This document shows positions 1 to 15,039 of a DNA stretch of 64,000 bases, one piece after another; position 1 is the first letter of the stretch, and the number at the start of each line of letters is the position of its first letter. The notes under the pieces are model-generated. The model saw nothing but the letters and a program-made list of their open reading frames with translations. It was not told the origin of the DNA and did no database searches. The stretch is from Octopus vulgaris (Eukaryota), in contig OX597835.1 of assembly GCA_951406725.2 (NCBI GenBank), forward strand, positions 33,108,001 to 33,172,000, in the 5' to 3' direction. The position numbers were made by a program, and so were the translations under genes.

Positions 1-773
1 CAGTGCATTCCTGTATGTAAATTACTCCAGTATACGCCACATGACAATATATGATTACCACGCAAATATATGATTACCACGCAAAATATACACCTCAGGA
101 ACAGAAGTAAGATAAGTTCACGTTGCAGATACCAAAAGAAATCCATATTTGAAAAATGGTTTGAACCATGATTAGCATACGCAACCAGCAGTGACCCCAT
201 AACTGTACAGATCATGAAAACATAAAAACGCCAAGGCCAAGAATGGTAATCATCCACAGGGCTAGAGGAAACGAACGACAAATTCCTAATTTAATACATA
301 CCAGGACAGACCCCATACACACAAAGACTGTTATAGAAATACTCATAGAATAGTTAGAGACAAAAATTCCAACAACAGTTAATGACTATATAGATAAGAT
401 TATAATTTTAAACCCACTAACCATAATAACAATGGACGAAATGAATGACTGGCGAACAAAAAGCTTCTAAGGACCATTTGATAAACAAGCCATAATATAA
501 ACAAGGGGATCTAATCGCGAAATCAAATAAACAGCGAACCGTAAATGAAAAAGAAAAATATTACGTAATTTGAAAAAGCGGAGATACGCTTTTATGAGTT
601 TCACAGTTTTAAATTTGATAAAAATGTCTAAAGCAACATCGAAATAGAGACAAGCAATACGGAGATGGATGGCTGAAAAGGTCCTTAACTAACAAAGGGG
701 ATTGAGACAAAACATTAAAATTCAATCAGGCACAGGAACAAACAAAATATAAGAAAACAATATATTTTATAGA

Positions 774-820
774 TTGGCTTCTCTGTTCGTCATTCGTTCG
801 ACAAATATCGATATTATTAG

Positions 821-868
<48 letters not shown>

Positions 869-1065
869 CATATATGTATGTATACACGCACACACACATC
901 TATATATATGTATATATATATATGTGTGTTTATACATATATATATATATACATATACATATATACATTTACATATATATATATACATACATATATATATG
1001 TATATATATACATATACATATATTTATATATATAAATATATACATATATATACACATGTATACAA

Positions 1066-1122
<57 letters not shown>

Positions 1123-1141
1123 ATATATATATTAATACATT

Positions 1142-1197
<56 letters not shown>

Positions 1198-1432
1198 TTT
1201 TAGTGTTTTTAACATTCCTGTTTGTATATATTATTTTTAACTCATCTTTCATCTTTTGCCTAAATTATCTTTTTTTTTGACCTCGTTAGTTTCTTTTCAA
1301 ATCTAATATATGTTCACCCCACCATTCCTCTTCTCTGAAGAAGTTCAACAACCCGAGAAAACAGAGAAAACATGAAAAGGAATAAAGAAATACTCCAGTC
1401 TACATCTGTATGTTAATACATATGTACCCACT

Positions 1433-1483
<51 letters not shown>

Positions 1484-1485
1484 AA

Positions 1486-1539
<54 letters not shown>

Positions 1540-1560
1540 ATGTATGTATATATGTATGTA
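774..1560. repeat. (TA)n/(TACA)n/(CT)n microsatellite tracts flanking a short unique island (about 1196-1436)
   Basis: Dinucleotide runs seen directly; the YIYI ORFs here are artefacts. Confidence 0.95.
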
Positions 1561-1990
1561 TGTATGTGTTTATAATTCCTTTTTAACTGCGGAACTCGCT
1601 GTAGATGAAAGTATAAATATATGTTAATTGTATGTAAACATTGGGATGCAAACGTCGGAATATTCAGGCACTTCTTCCAGTCAATAACATACGATTTCAA
1701 ATTTCTCGAAGTTTCTAAATTCTCCTGATATAAAGACTGTATGTGTGTGTGTGTATTATGTATGCATCTTTTTATCGTTTACTTGTTTCAGTTATCTGAC
1801 GTCGGCCATGCTGGGGCACCGTCGCGAAGCGTTTGAGTCGAACTAACCAGATGTAGAAGTGGATGGTCACATGAAACTATATATGTGTGTATGAGAATAT
1901 CTGTATGTGTGTGTGTATGTGAGTGCTTGTGGAGGGAGTTGTATTACGTGCGTGTGTGGTGAGTGTGTGTATTGTCTACTTATTTTATTT

Positions 1991-2363
1991 CAGAGGGGAC
2001 AAACAAGGACAGACAAACGGATTAAGTCGATTATATCGACTCTAGTGCGTAACTGGTACTTATTTAATCGACCCCGAAATGATGAAAGGCTAAGTTGACC
2101 TCGGCGGAATTTGAACTCAGAACATAAAGGCAGACGAAATACCTATTTCTTTACTACCCACAAGGGGCTAAACACAGAGAGGACAAACAAAGACAGAAAA
2201 ACGTATTAAGTCGATTACATCGGCCCTAGTGCGTAACTGGTACTTAATTTATCGGATGAAAGGCGAAGTCGACCTCGGTGAAATTTGAACTCAGAGCGTA
2301 ACGGCAGACGAAATACGGCTACGCATTTCGCCCGACGTGCTCACGATTCTGCCAGCTCGCCGC
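1991..2363 (-). mobile_element. tRNA-derived SINE family A (head GGCGGCGAGCTGGCAGAATCGTTAGC...GAGTTCAAATT), internally duplicated
   Basis: Reverse complement of the + copy at 4718. Pol III A-box-like TGGCAGAATCG and B-box-like GAGTTCAAATT; more than 10 copies in the window. Confidence 0.85.
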
Positions 2364-2399
2364 GTGTGTATTCTCTACTTGTTGAAGAAGGGACGTTGT

Positions 2400-3400
2400 C
2401 CATGAAGTTTGCACAGGTGATATTTATGCCATTAATATTAATTTTAAACAGTTGCAAATCAACACCTGCAGGAAAGACATGAACAGAGGAAATATCCAAG
2501 GTGGGCCGACGACATTCTGGGGAGAAAATTTTGGGTATCCTGGGTACTAAGAATTTTGGCAGTCCTGAGTACTAGGAATGACACGAAGTGGAAATATGAG
2601 TCAGATGTACCTGATTGGAGGGTACGAGGCCAACTAGCTCCCAGCAAAAGAAGTCACGACTGTAGCCATAGGTAGAGAGGAGACAGAGCGCCTGTAGTTG
2701 AGGGGCTGAAGTGAAAGTGTTACTGATTGAATTCTCGTCAGGTAAGAGATTTTTCCTGTGGATGCAATCCACGATGTCTGATTAGGTATCAGCAATATCA
2801 TATCAATACTGGGGCAAAATAAGGCGTTGAGCTGGCAGAATTGTTAGGACGCCGGGCAAAATGCTTAGCGGCATTTCGTTTGTTTTTACGTTCTGAATTT
2901 AAATAACGCCGAGGTCCAATTTGTCTTTTATAATTTCGGGGTCGAAAAGAAGTACCAGTTGAATACTGGGATAATCGACTTACTCATCCCCTAAAAGAAT
3001 TGCGGGCCTTGTGCTGAAATTTGAAACCAATACTGGAGCAAAATATTTTGCGGCATTTCTTCTGTCTTTTACATTCTGAGATCGAATTCCACCGTTTGTT
3101 TGGATAACGATATACAGAATGAAGAAAATGTGTATATGGATGATGAGATGAAACCCCAAGGAGTATCAGAACTGATTGTGCTAGGGGCAGAAAGAACTCC
3201 GTCAATACATGCCACAAAGGGGAGCGGAGATAAGAATGTATGAATCCAATAAACAAAGGATGGGAAGAGCCTGTGGTGCGAGATTTTTGCAGGAGATTTT
3301 TAGACTAGAAATAGACGAAAGCTTGCCTGATACCTTGGGCAACAACAGTGATTCCACAGAACTTCTTTAGAGCGAGAGGTTGTTATTGACTAACGGAAAA
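2400..3400 (-). pseudogene. Decayed LINE ORF2 (RT and C-terminus), interrupted by SINE-A copies at 2821-3090
   Basis: Minus-strand translations IDGVLSAPSTISSDTPWG (cf. RT motif xDGxxSxxxxxxSGVPQG), ELVGLVP and HVFPAGVDLQLFKININ (typical LINE C-terminal HVFP..DLQ.FK..IN); many stops and frameshifts. Confidence 0.6.
2821..3090 (+). mobile_element. SINE family A copy plus a partial second unit
   Basis: GAGCTGGCAGAATTGTTAGGACGCCGGGCAAAATGCTTAGCGGCATTTCG matches the family A head. Confidence 0.8.
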
Positions 3401-3780
3401 TAATATTTCACAGAGGATCTAACTCTGCAGAAGCCGTACTAGTTAGCTACACACAAACAGACACACAGATACACATTTTTCCACTGATTCCGCAACCAAA
3501 TTCCATTCTATTTGTCTTTGTAGCAGATTTCAAGTTTAACGCAATACTTCGCTCTTTGTTCGCAATTAATGTTTTTCCTGTCCATGACAAAAATCACAGA
3601 CTACAGTTTTCTCAGGATCACAAAAATACAAATTTCACAACTCCAGATGTAAAGATAGTCATGTCGTTCGTCGCACTGCTTCATGGAAGTCACTACTAGC
3701 TCTCACTTTCACACGCAATCGTGTGCTGCCATCTGTTGGTGTGCTTCAGAACTAACCCGGGAATTTTGTGATAGCACCTC

Positions 3781-4076
3781 GTATGCATACATGTATGTAA
3801 GTATGCATACATGTATGTATGTATATATGTATGTATGTATGCATGCATGTATGTATGTATGTATGTATGTATGTATGTATATATGTATGCATGTATATAT
3901 GTATGTATGTATATATGTATGTATGAATGTATGTATGCATGCATGTATGTATGTATGTATGTTTGTATATATGTATGTATGTATATATATGTATGTATGT
4001 ATACATGTATGTATGTATGCATGTATGTAAGTATGTATGTAAGTATGTATGTATGTATGCATGTATGTATGTATAT
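3781..4076. repeat. (TATG)n microsatellite
   Basis: Seen directly. Confidence 0.95.
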
Positions 4077-4717
4077 GTCTTCTATTTTTTAAAATTATTA
4101 TAAATCTTCCACTGCGGAGGGAGCCGATTTTCAACAAAGATACAAGGCTCCATCTTTGGTGTATGTATGTGAATGAATGTCTGTATACGTGTTGGTGTAT
4201 GTGTGTCTGTATGTATAAAGAGTGTATTTATGTAATTATTTGGTCGTTATTTTTCATTTCTCGCTCATTTGTCTGCGTTCTACTTTCCAAAGTCTTGCTC
4301 ACAACAAATTGTATTTAAAATACGTTTATAGACTTATTCATTTGCTTATATATCTTTATCTCACTTATATAACAATTTATTTACTTCAGTAATTTCTTAT
4401 TTCACTAATACATCTTCAAAATTAAATCAATTTCGATGAAACCCTACTTTATTACAAGCACTGAAAATATTTTGAATAATTTCCAAGTAATCTGGCAACA
4501 ACAGTTTGATAAGATGTCTGCTATTTAAGTTTCTTACATACATAAGAATACGATGTAAATAGCCACCCAAATGAAGACACACCAATATCACATGTAGTCG
4601 GCATAATGCGACGTCACTTGTACTTTGCTTAACAAAAGTTTGGTGATAGCTTTTTTGCTGTTCTTTGTTTCTTTTCTCCCGAGATATATGGCAGTATATA
4701 ATTATTCCGCCGATTAA

Positions 4718-5225
4718 GGCGGTGAGCTGGCAGAATCGTTAGCAAGCTGGGCGAAATGCGTAGCGGCATTTCGTCTGCTGCTACGTTCTGAGTTCAAATT
4801 CCACCGAGGTCGACTTTGCTTTTCATCCTTTCGGGGTCGATTAAGTAAGTACCAGTTACGCACTGGGGTCGATATAATCGACTTAATTCGTTTGTCTGTC
4901 CTTGTTTGTCCTCGCTCTGTTTAGCCCCTTGTGGGTAGTAAAGAAATAGGTATTTCTTCTGCCGTTACGTTCTGAGTTCAAATTCCGCCGAGGTTGACTT
5001 TGCCTTTCATCATTTTGGGGTCGATTAAATAAGTACCAGTTACGCACTGGGGTCGATATAATTGACTTAATCCCTTATCTGTCCTCTCTGTGTTTAGCCC
5101 CCTGTGGGTAGTAAAGAAATAGATATTTCGATAAATCAAGTACCAGTGAAAGAATGTGATCGATGTAATCGATTAGTCCCCTCCCCCCAAATTTCAGACC
5201 TTATGCTTTTAATAGAAAGGATAAT
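4718..5225 (+). mobile_element. SINE family A, full head with about 2.5 tandem ~180-bp internal units and an (ATT)n tail
   Basis: Unit TATTTC...TTCTGAGTTCAAATTCC...AGTAAAGAAATAG occurs twice, followed by the 3' end. Confidence 0.88.
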
Positions 5226-5454
5226 TATTATTATTACTATTTTGTTTAACACAACAACTACTCTTGAGACTGTAACAACATGTCAACTGTGTACCTTTTA
5301 GACTTCGAGAATTCCGCGGAAGCTTCTTGCCGTTTGAAATAAGACTGATTCCAGTAGTTGACTTACCTTGCCACATAACCCGATCTTTTCAGCTGGTACT
5401 TACTATTATAATAAAATAAATATGTAACTAAATATATAATAAAGAAAACACTAT

Positions 5455-5994
5455 TGAAGTGACGAGTTGGCAGGACAAATAGCACGCCCGACAACATGCT
5501 TGGCTGCATTACTTCCAGCTTGTTACATTCTGATATCAAATTCTGCCGAAATCGACGTTGCCTTTCAGCTTTGCAGTGGATAATATTAAGTACCGACCGA
5601 GTAGTGGGGTCGATGGAATCCATTGGCCCCTTCCTCTCCAAATGCTAAGGGAAATTTCTTCCGGTTCTACGCTCTGTGTTTAAATGTCGTTGAGGCTGAC
5701 TTTGCTTTTCATCATTAAGGGGTCAATAAATTAAATACCAGTTAACCACCGTGTGGTTAATTTAATCGACTTCCCTACTCTTTAAAAGTGTTCGCCTTGT
5801 GCCAAAACTTAGAATTTCTATTAATTTGGTGCGCTAGAAGAATCGTTCGATTGACGGGAAAATCTTTTGCCGTATTTATATTCTGAGCTCAAATATCGCG
5901 TAGATCAACATGGCGTTCATTATTTTGTGGTCGACAAAACAAGATTACAATAGTTATAAAAATAGCTGACCTTGTGCCAAAATATAAACTAAGT

Positions 5995-5995
<1 letters not shown>
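5455..5995 (+). mobile_element. Cluster of about 3 old, diverged SINE-A-like copies
   Basis: Degenerate TTCTGA..TCAAAT..GTCGAC..TTTCAT..GGGGTCGAT motifs repeated. Confidence 0.65.
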
Positions 5996-7181
<1,186 letters not shown>

Positions 7182-7395
7182 ATTTTGTTATTGGTTGTTT
7201 GGCAAGATCATTAGTGCACCGTATAAAATGTCTTATTCTCCTTATTTTAACTCTCCTTACTCATTTCAATTATAGCTGAGGAGATTTTGTTTTTCCGAGT
7301 TCGGTAAAATAATGTTTTAGCCAAGTAGTTCGCTTGATTTTATAGACTAACTCTTCGCTCAATTTGTGGCCTTCTGCCAATCAATGTTAGAAACA

Positions 7396-7477
<82 letters not shown>

Positions 7478-7478
<1 letters not shown>

Positions 7479-7625
7479 AGCGGTGAGCTGGCAGAAACGT
7501 TTGTATGTCGGGGTATTTCGTCTGTTTTAAGGTTCAGAGCTCAAATTCTGCCGGAGTCGACTTTACCATTCAACATTTGAGGGACGACGAAGTAAGTATC
7601 AATTGAACATTGGAGAATCGATTAC
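7478..7625 (+). mobile_element. SINE family A fragment
   Basis: GCGGTGAGCTGGCAGAAACG head directly after (TTA)n. Confidence 0.7.
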
Positions 7626-7956
7626 AATATTTAGTAACATTACATTGGAAATTTTTCTGATATAGCGACTACAGAGTTTTGATGAAAAGTAACTTTACTC
7701 AGAAGGCTGCATTTTCTGCGATAGATCTCTCACGCTAAAACAAGAGAAAACGAATGTCTTAAGAAGCCATTGACTGACCGGATGTTGGAAGGGGTTCTAA
7801 GATTGGAAACTTATTGCATGGAAAGGTGTGTATTAGAGACAGGAAAGTGTATATACATAGAGATAGAGAGAGAGAGAAAGTGTGTGTGGGTGTATATGTG
7901 CATGTGTGCATGTGTGTGTATATATGTGTGTGCGTGTATATATATATATAAACACA

Positions 7957-8010
<54 letters not shown>

Positions 8011-8659
8011 TATATTTGTGAGGGCTGCGGAAGAGTAGTTTTTCGGCGTAAATGTACCTGATTGCCATGTTTTATTGCAAATGTGTCCGTGTATCCGTGT
8101 GTTTTTGTGCATGCTGACTGTTAACTAATCAATGGATGGTGACCACCTAATGAGCTGCTTTGAGATACAAGACCGAGGATATACGTATGTCTATATAGGA
8201 TCTATTATATGAATGTTTGTGTATGTAAATGTATGTGCGTAGTCCACCGTTTTTCATTAATTGTTATGTGTGCGATTGCGTGTTTACATGTGTTTGTGCG
8301 TGTATGTTTGTGTGTGTATGTATCTGTGTGGCTATATGAGAGTTTTAGTATAGCGTATTACTAAGTGTATGTACTACATTTCTGTTATATGTACAGGTCC
8401 GTGTGTATAGGTGTATGTACGCAGAATTGTGTCTACCGTATTTTAATGTGAGTGCGTGTGTATATATGGTAGAAGCATTGATTTGTTCTTGTGCATGTGT
8501 ATCTGTATTAGTGTGCATATATGTGTGTAAGTGTGTGTGTGTGCGACCTCTTCCTCTCTCTCTCAGTCTTTAATAAAATACCAGTGTGTCACGTAATCTT
8601 TTTCTAATACTCATCTGTCGCTCCTTGGTATAACAATGTATAACATCACTTCACCGTAT

Positions 8660-8960
8660 GTCACATCTCCTGCTCCTTTATCTTCACCCCCCCTCCTTCA
8701 CCTCTTAATTCTCCTTCACTTTCACCTCCACGTCCCCGATACCCTTCTCCTATCTCTTCTATTTCTTCCCCCGTTCTTCCTTCTCCTCCTTCTCCTTCCT
8801 CTTTCTTCCCCTTCTTCACCCCCTTCTCCTCCTAATTTTTCCTCTATCCCTTCCAACTTACCATACTTTTCCTCGTCCGTCTTCCACTTCGAATCCTCCT
8901 TCTCTTCTTCTACTTCTCCTTTTTACCCACCTCCTCCTCCTCCCCCTCCTCTTCTCCTGT
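8660..8960. repeat. Pyrimidine-rich (CCT/CTT) low-complexity tract
   Basis: Seen directly; mirrors the purine tract at 39870-40285. Confidence 0.85.
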
Positions 8961-9381
8961 GCTAGGCTCATACAATACAAATGTCATGCTGATGATGTTG
9001 TGGTTGTAGTCATTGCTTGTCCTTGTCTGTTGTCGTCCTTGTTCTATCATCACATTATTTGAATAGGTTCGTCAATTCCGGAGAGAATGTGGCAGACATT
9101 TTTTTTTATTTAATTTTATTTCTATACAGTGTCATGTCTTTCATTTTGTTATCCTTAGTAAAAGCATTTCGAGAAAAAGAAAAAAGTTTATCCACAGACA
9201 AGTATATGTATGGTTTGTACTAGTGTAATTGTGTAATATAGTGTAATATATATATATACATTCATATATACAAATACATATATATATACATACATACATA
9301 TATACATACATATATATATACATACATATATATATATACATACATACATATACACACACACTCACACACACACAGACACAG

Positions 9382-9429
<48 letters not shown>

Positions 9430-9462
9430 GTAAGAGGAAGAAATATTTGTGTTTATCTGTGC

Positions 9463-9674
9463 GTGTGCTCCACTGTCTTTCTACAAAATAATGGCGCTAA
9501 CCACTAAGCGAGGTTCATTTTAAGACTTCTTCACTAAATTCAAACGGTCAATATGTTTTTCTTAGTTGCTCTGTTGGGGTTTCTAATTCATTGATTTTAC
9601 TACATCGCCAATGAAATGGTAATCATTAGTAATGGAATTGGTGAATAGATGTGGCTGGCACCAACTGTATTCAC
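9463..9674 (+). promoter_or_regulatory. Duplicated non-coding block, copy 1 (candidate enhancer/CNE)
   Basis: About 7 differences in ~200 nt from the reverse complement of 38508-38720. Contains TAATCATTA, CTAATT, TGATTTTAC and CCAAT; no long ORF seen. Regulatory role is inferred. Confidence 0.4.
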
Positions 9675-9777
9675 TTCACACACATGTACATATACACATG
9701 CATAATCACACACAACTATTCATAGGAAAGTTGTATATATGTGCACATACATACATATACACACAATGACATATGTG

Positions 9778-9808
<31 letters not shown>

Positions 9809-9874
9809 ATATATATATACAGACACACCAACAAACCACACATATATTTATGTATATGTATGTTATATATAATG

Positions 9875-9906
<32 letters not shown>

Positions 9907-10264
9907 TATATATATGTATGTATGTCTGTGTTGAGGGTAGTGCGGTGGTTCATGTACGCGTGTCTATGTACAAATACATATTCATTGTATACAAATATAA
10001 TTTTGTATGCAGATATATATACATGCATGTGTGCATACATACATATATATATACCTATGCAGGTTCGTACAGAATTGCTTGCACGGATGCTGTCTCAGAA
10101 GGTGCAAAGCAATATTCGTCACACTATTTGTAATTGTTTGTTTCTGACTCCACGTACATCTCCCTCCATTAAACGCACTCTCAGAACTGCTTCCCCCCCA
10201 CACACACACACGCACATCCATTCAGACCTACACTCACACAAATATATATTATTACTCTATAATT

Positions 10265-10465
10265 CTATTACCTGTTTCAATTATTTAACTACGGCCATGT
10301 TGCAGCAACTCCTTCAAGGGTGTTAGTCGAAGTAATTGAACCATGGCATTATACTTTTTAAGTATAAAACTTATTTTATCGGATGCTTTTGCCGAACCAA
10401 CAAGTTATGGGAACGTATACATATCAACATAGTTGTCAAGCGATGGCGGTGTACAATCACGGACA
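10265..10465 (-). mobile_element. SINE family B 3' half
   Basis: Reverse complement of the 11310-11490 segment. Confidence 0.7.
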
Positions 10466-10505
10466 TAAAGACACATACGCATAAATATACTCAAACATAC
10501 ATACA

Positions 10506-10550
<45 letters not shown>

Positions 10551-10576
10551 TGTGTGTGTGTATATATATGTATATG

Positions 10577-10681
<105 letters not shown>

Positions 10682-10882
10682 TATATTTAATTAGAGGATA
10701 TTTTAACCTCGTGAGGAGATGTTTGCATCCAAGTTTCACTACTTAGTATTTGGGGGGAATGGAATTTCCTTAAAACAACAGGTATATATTATGCATATAG
10801 TTTATATCCATTGTAAAGAAGAAAAGAAAACGGAGCTACGGAAGTTAATAATTGTTTATTATTAACGAATTGGTCATCTTTG

Positions 10883-10980
10883 CTTCTTACAGCCGTTTCA
10901 ATTTATGCTCAAAAATTTAATTACAAATTTATACATTAAATTTCCATTTATGTGACATGAGTATAATTCATTCAGAGAAA
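10883..10980 (-). ncRNA. Hammerhead-like motif (core CUGAAUGA, long stem II) in the (TA)n-flanked island 10681-11013
   Basis: Minus strand: tttct CTGAATGA ATTATACTCA...TGAGCATAAATT GAAAC GGCT GTA agaag, with AATAAA downstream. Confidence 0.5.
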
Positions 10981-11012
10981 AAAGTATCCTTGGCTGTAAT
11001 TAAAATGAACTG

Positions 11013-11074
<62 letters not shown>

Positions 11075-11091
11075 GTATACACATACATATA

Positions 11092-11490
11092 GGCGCAGGA
11101 GTGGCTGTGTGGTAAGTAGCTTGCTAGCCAACCACATGGCTCCGGGTTCAGTCCCACTGCGTGGCATCTTGGGCAAGTGTCTTCTGCTATAGCCCCGGGC
11201 CGACCAATGCCTTGTGAGTCGATTTGGTAGACGGAAACTGAAAGAAGCCTGTCGTATATATGTATATATATATATGTGTGTGTGTATGTTGTGTATTTGT
11301 TTGTCCCCCTAGCATTGCTTGACAACCGATGCTGGTGTGTTTACGTCCCCGTCACTTAGCGGTTCGGCAAAAGAGACCGATAGAATAAGTACTGGGCTTA
11401 CAAAGAATAAGTCCCGGGGTCGATTTGCTCGACCAAAGGCGGTGCTCCAGCATGGCCGCAGTCAAATGACTGAAACAAGTAAAAGACAAA
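11092..11490 (+). mobile_element. tRNA-derived SINE family B (CORE-like CTTGGGCAAG segment), full length with internal (TA/TG)n
   Basis: A-box-like TGGCTGTGTGG and B-box-like GGTTCAGTCCC; many copies in the window. Confidence 0.85.
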
Positions 11491-11930
11491 GACAAAAGAC
11501 ATATGTATACTTGGTTAAATATCTGACATGTCTTCCATCTCTTTCTCACACAGAATCCAATGTGACTCTCCTAGATCCAATTTTTTTCTGCTATATTCCT
11601 TTTTCAGTTCCTTGTATTATCGTTCCTTTCCTTCCTGCAGTAAAGTGTACGTTGATATTTGATTAATTTAATTCAATCATGAATTCATATTATTATATCT
11701 CGTGCGAAACGATCGCCTGCAAGAATTAAACTTCTTATATAATTTAACAACTTGTCTCCTCTATTTTTAACAAAATTGATGGAATATATGGAACTGCATT
11801 CCATAAATTCATCATACATTATATACAAGTACTACTTACATATCAAATTCACCGAAATCATTTAGAAATCATTTTGGGAACCTCCAGTTAAAGGACGAAT
11901 CCACATTCAACCTTTATACACCTATATTAC

Positions 11931-11985
<55 letters not shown>

Positions 11986-12034
11986 CTTATTTGTGTGTAT
12001 GTGTATGTATCTGTGTACATATATTTCTATATAA

Positions 12035-12202
12035 GACAACTACCTTGGAGTTTCCGTCTATTAAATTCATTCACAAGACATTGGTCAGCCTGAGTGAATA
12101 TAGTAGTGAGACACTTGCCAATGCTGTTGCGAAGTGGGATTGAACTAGAAACCACGTGGTTGCAGTGCAAGCTTCTTAACCACATAGACCTGCCTGCGCC
12201 TG
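12035..12202 (-). mobile_element. SINE family B 5' half
   Basis: Diverged reverse complement of 11092-11255. Confidence 0.7.
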
Positions 12203-12647
12203 TATAAGATCACGAGTTATATGACATCTATATGGCCGATGATTCTGTTAGAAATATTTACGAAATTTGTTTCATTTTACATCAAAACGCTTTAATTGAG
12301 GAAAATCTATGTTAAATAACGTTGTCAGCGATACCCTGTACTTAACGGCCTGCAAACAAATTTTTTCAGTGTACACGATCAGAATTGAACTGTGGTTAAA
12401 TGATAACATAGCCCAGCTCTTTACTGTATTTACTCTACGTGATTATTCCTTAACCCATTGCGTATAAGCCTAATTATCATTACGTCTGCCTCAGTCTCTT
12501 TAAGTCACTTCAGAATAGTTCATGTTGCATGACTTGGAACATAATCTTTCAGACTTCTCTTTCCATAAACTGATCGATCGATTCTCACTTTCCACCGTAT
12601 GTACACGTTTAAAACGGTTTGTATGATCAGAGAATGAATACCTCGCC

Positions 12648-12709
<62 letters not shown>

Positions 12710-12961
12710 AGAGAATTGTAGAAATGATAATGGTTAGAAACAAGTTTTCGTCTTACAGTCTTTTTTTTTATTAGTTCAGGAAATGTCAGTTTGAATTTCG
12801 TTTCTCATACTTAAAACATGTTAATGTGAACGTATACATGCACTCACATATACACACATATACGTAATGTAATATTAACAACAACAACAAAAACAAAAAC
12901 AAGAAGAAGAACAACAACAACAGCAACAACAATAATAATAATAATTATAATAATAATGATG

Positions 12962-13009
<48 letters not shown>

Positions 13010-13379
13010 GTAATAAAGTTAATCCAAATATTGACATTTCGAGCGTATTTAATACAACTCCAATCTATTATAAGCTAGCCAATCTTTCGTTTACACGGAT
13101 ATTGTCACAAGAATTTCAAGAGGTTTGTTCTACTGGGCCCAAGCCGAAAACGTCTGGGAAACTGCACCACATCTAAGGATATCACAGGACATATATTCGT
13201 ATGTATGTATGTATGTATGTATGCATATATATAGTTTGGTTTTTCCTCAAGAAACAAAAATACTCCATCTGGTAAGAGGTACACATTGTTTAATGTACAT
13301 ATTATATAATTATGAACTGTTAATAGTTTCATACATTAAATATATCTAAGCAGGTTTCATCTGCCTATCCAGGACCATC

Positions 13380-13790
13380 TCCTTCCAGGTTGCTTCCTGT
13401 GTCGGGTGTTCCCAAAGCAAGATCTTCTTTCTGCCATGCAAACGAAACTTTCTCCTCTTTTGTTTCTCTCTTCTGATCAAAACATATCAACATATTTCTT
13501 TCCTTGGGTGCTAGCGCTTACTGTAGCTATTGGTAGAATTCTTCCACTTCGCTGTCGTCGGTCGTATTTTTTGGAGCATAGTTCTGGAAGAGATTCCGGG
13601 TGACGTTTCTTGAGAGACATATGTTTAACACACCTCGATGCAGAATGAATGCAATTGGCAAGAAACAATTTTCGAAGCCCATTCATTGAATTATTCGTTT
13701 TGTATCTAGATAGATTGAAATGTTTTATTCAGACCAACACACGTCCAGTTTCTCCATGAAACCAGTGGTAACCTTCAATGAAAAATAGTG
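13380..13790 (-). pseudogene. Decayed RTE-type LINE apurinic endonuclease domain
   Basis: Minus frame reads QNYAPKNTTDDSEVEEFYQ*LQ*ALAPKERNMLI, matching the APE motif QxYAPT....D.EVEEFY..LQ....PK....LI. Confidence 0.65.
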
Positions 13791-14268
13791 TTACACTTTT
13801 TACTAAATATTTCATACTTCGTTTTAAGTGATTTCCCTAAATATAACATAGTCTATTCACTAGTAGTTGGAAGCTAGTTAAACTGAAGAGGTTTAATGGC
13901 CTGCCCGCCTAGCCATAGGAGTGGCTTCAACTTGAAAGCCATACGAGGATACGGGCCTCAGTATTCTGCCACTCAGTGGGATCGCTTCATAGCGGTGTAT
14001 GCATATATATATATTATTCTTTTAAGCAAAATTACGTAATACATTGATTAAGTCATATACTCTATGCTGTATAGTAGATTGTGCAGTTATTATTGATTTA
14101 TTGCGCTAGGAACTTCAATTCCTGTTGATAAAACTATCAGTTCAATAAAGCATGAAGAGAGACTCCGCAGGTTTTGCTACAGCATTAAGCTGGACTGATA
14201 AACGTATTGCCATTTTCTGCGCGTGACTTACAAGCAGAAATATATATACATATATATATATATACGTA

Positions 14269-14376
<108 letters not shown>

Positions 14377-14425
14377 TATATATATGTATGCATGTATACA
14401 TATATATGTATGTGTATATAGATGC

Positions 14426-14473
<48 letters not shown>

Positions 14474-14480
14474 ATGCTAA

Positions 14481-14781
14481 ACTGGCACTCCGTCGCTTTC
14501 GACGACGGGGATTACAGCTTGCTCGTGTGATTCGTGTGCATGTGACTGAGCACTCCACAGACGCGCACATCACTTCATATATTTCTCGGGGAAATTCAGC
14601 GTGACAGAGAATGTGACAACACTGGCCTCATAAAATACAATTACTTCTCATTTTTGCCGGGTGAGTGGAGTGGAGGAACGTGAAATAAAGCGTCTCGCTC
14701 AAGAACTCAACACACCGCAGGGTCTCGAATTCGCAAGCCTTCGATGGGTAGCTTGATAGCCTAACCACTAAGTCACGCGTC

Positions 14782-14785
<4 letters not shown>
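14481..14785 (-). mobile_element. tRNA-derived SINE family C
   Basis: Reverse complement shares the TAGTGGTTAGG head and the GTCTGTGGAGTGCTCAG / CGACGGAGTGCC tail with 55873-56248. Confidence 0.75.
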
Positions 14786-14817
<32 letters not shown>

Positions 14818-15039
14818 CACACATAGATATGCATAAATACAAACGCATATACATTCTCATACAAATACATGTGCGTTTATACTTATATATATATATATAT
14901 ATATATATCTTTCTTTCTCTCTCTCACTCTCTCTGTACATATATGTAAATAGATATAAATATATATACTTGGTTGGAAATTGATGAGTGGCGTTCAATTA
15001 AATGATAATATAAATATATATATATATATGCATATATTG

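Noticed and set aside
1-770. A-rich strand-biased segment that may be a decayed retroelement, with CTGAAAA-GGTCCTT..GGGGATT-GAGAC near 673
   Set aside because: No recognisable protein motif; the HHR-like motif lacks GAAA, stem I and a cleavage triplet.
1325-1385. CTGAAGA with possible stem I (ttcctcttc/gaaaaggaa)
   Set aside because: No stem II pairing or NUH site; too degenerate to call.
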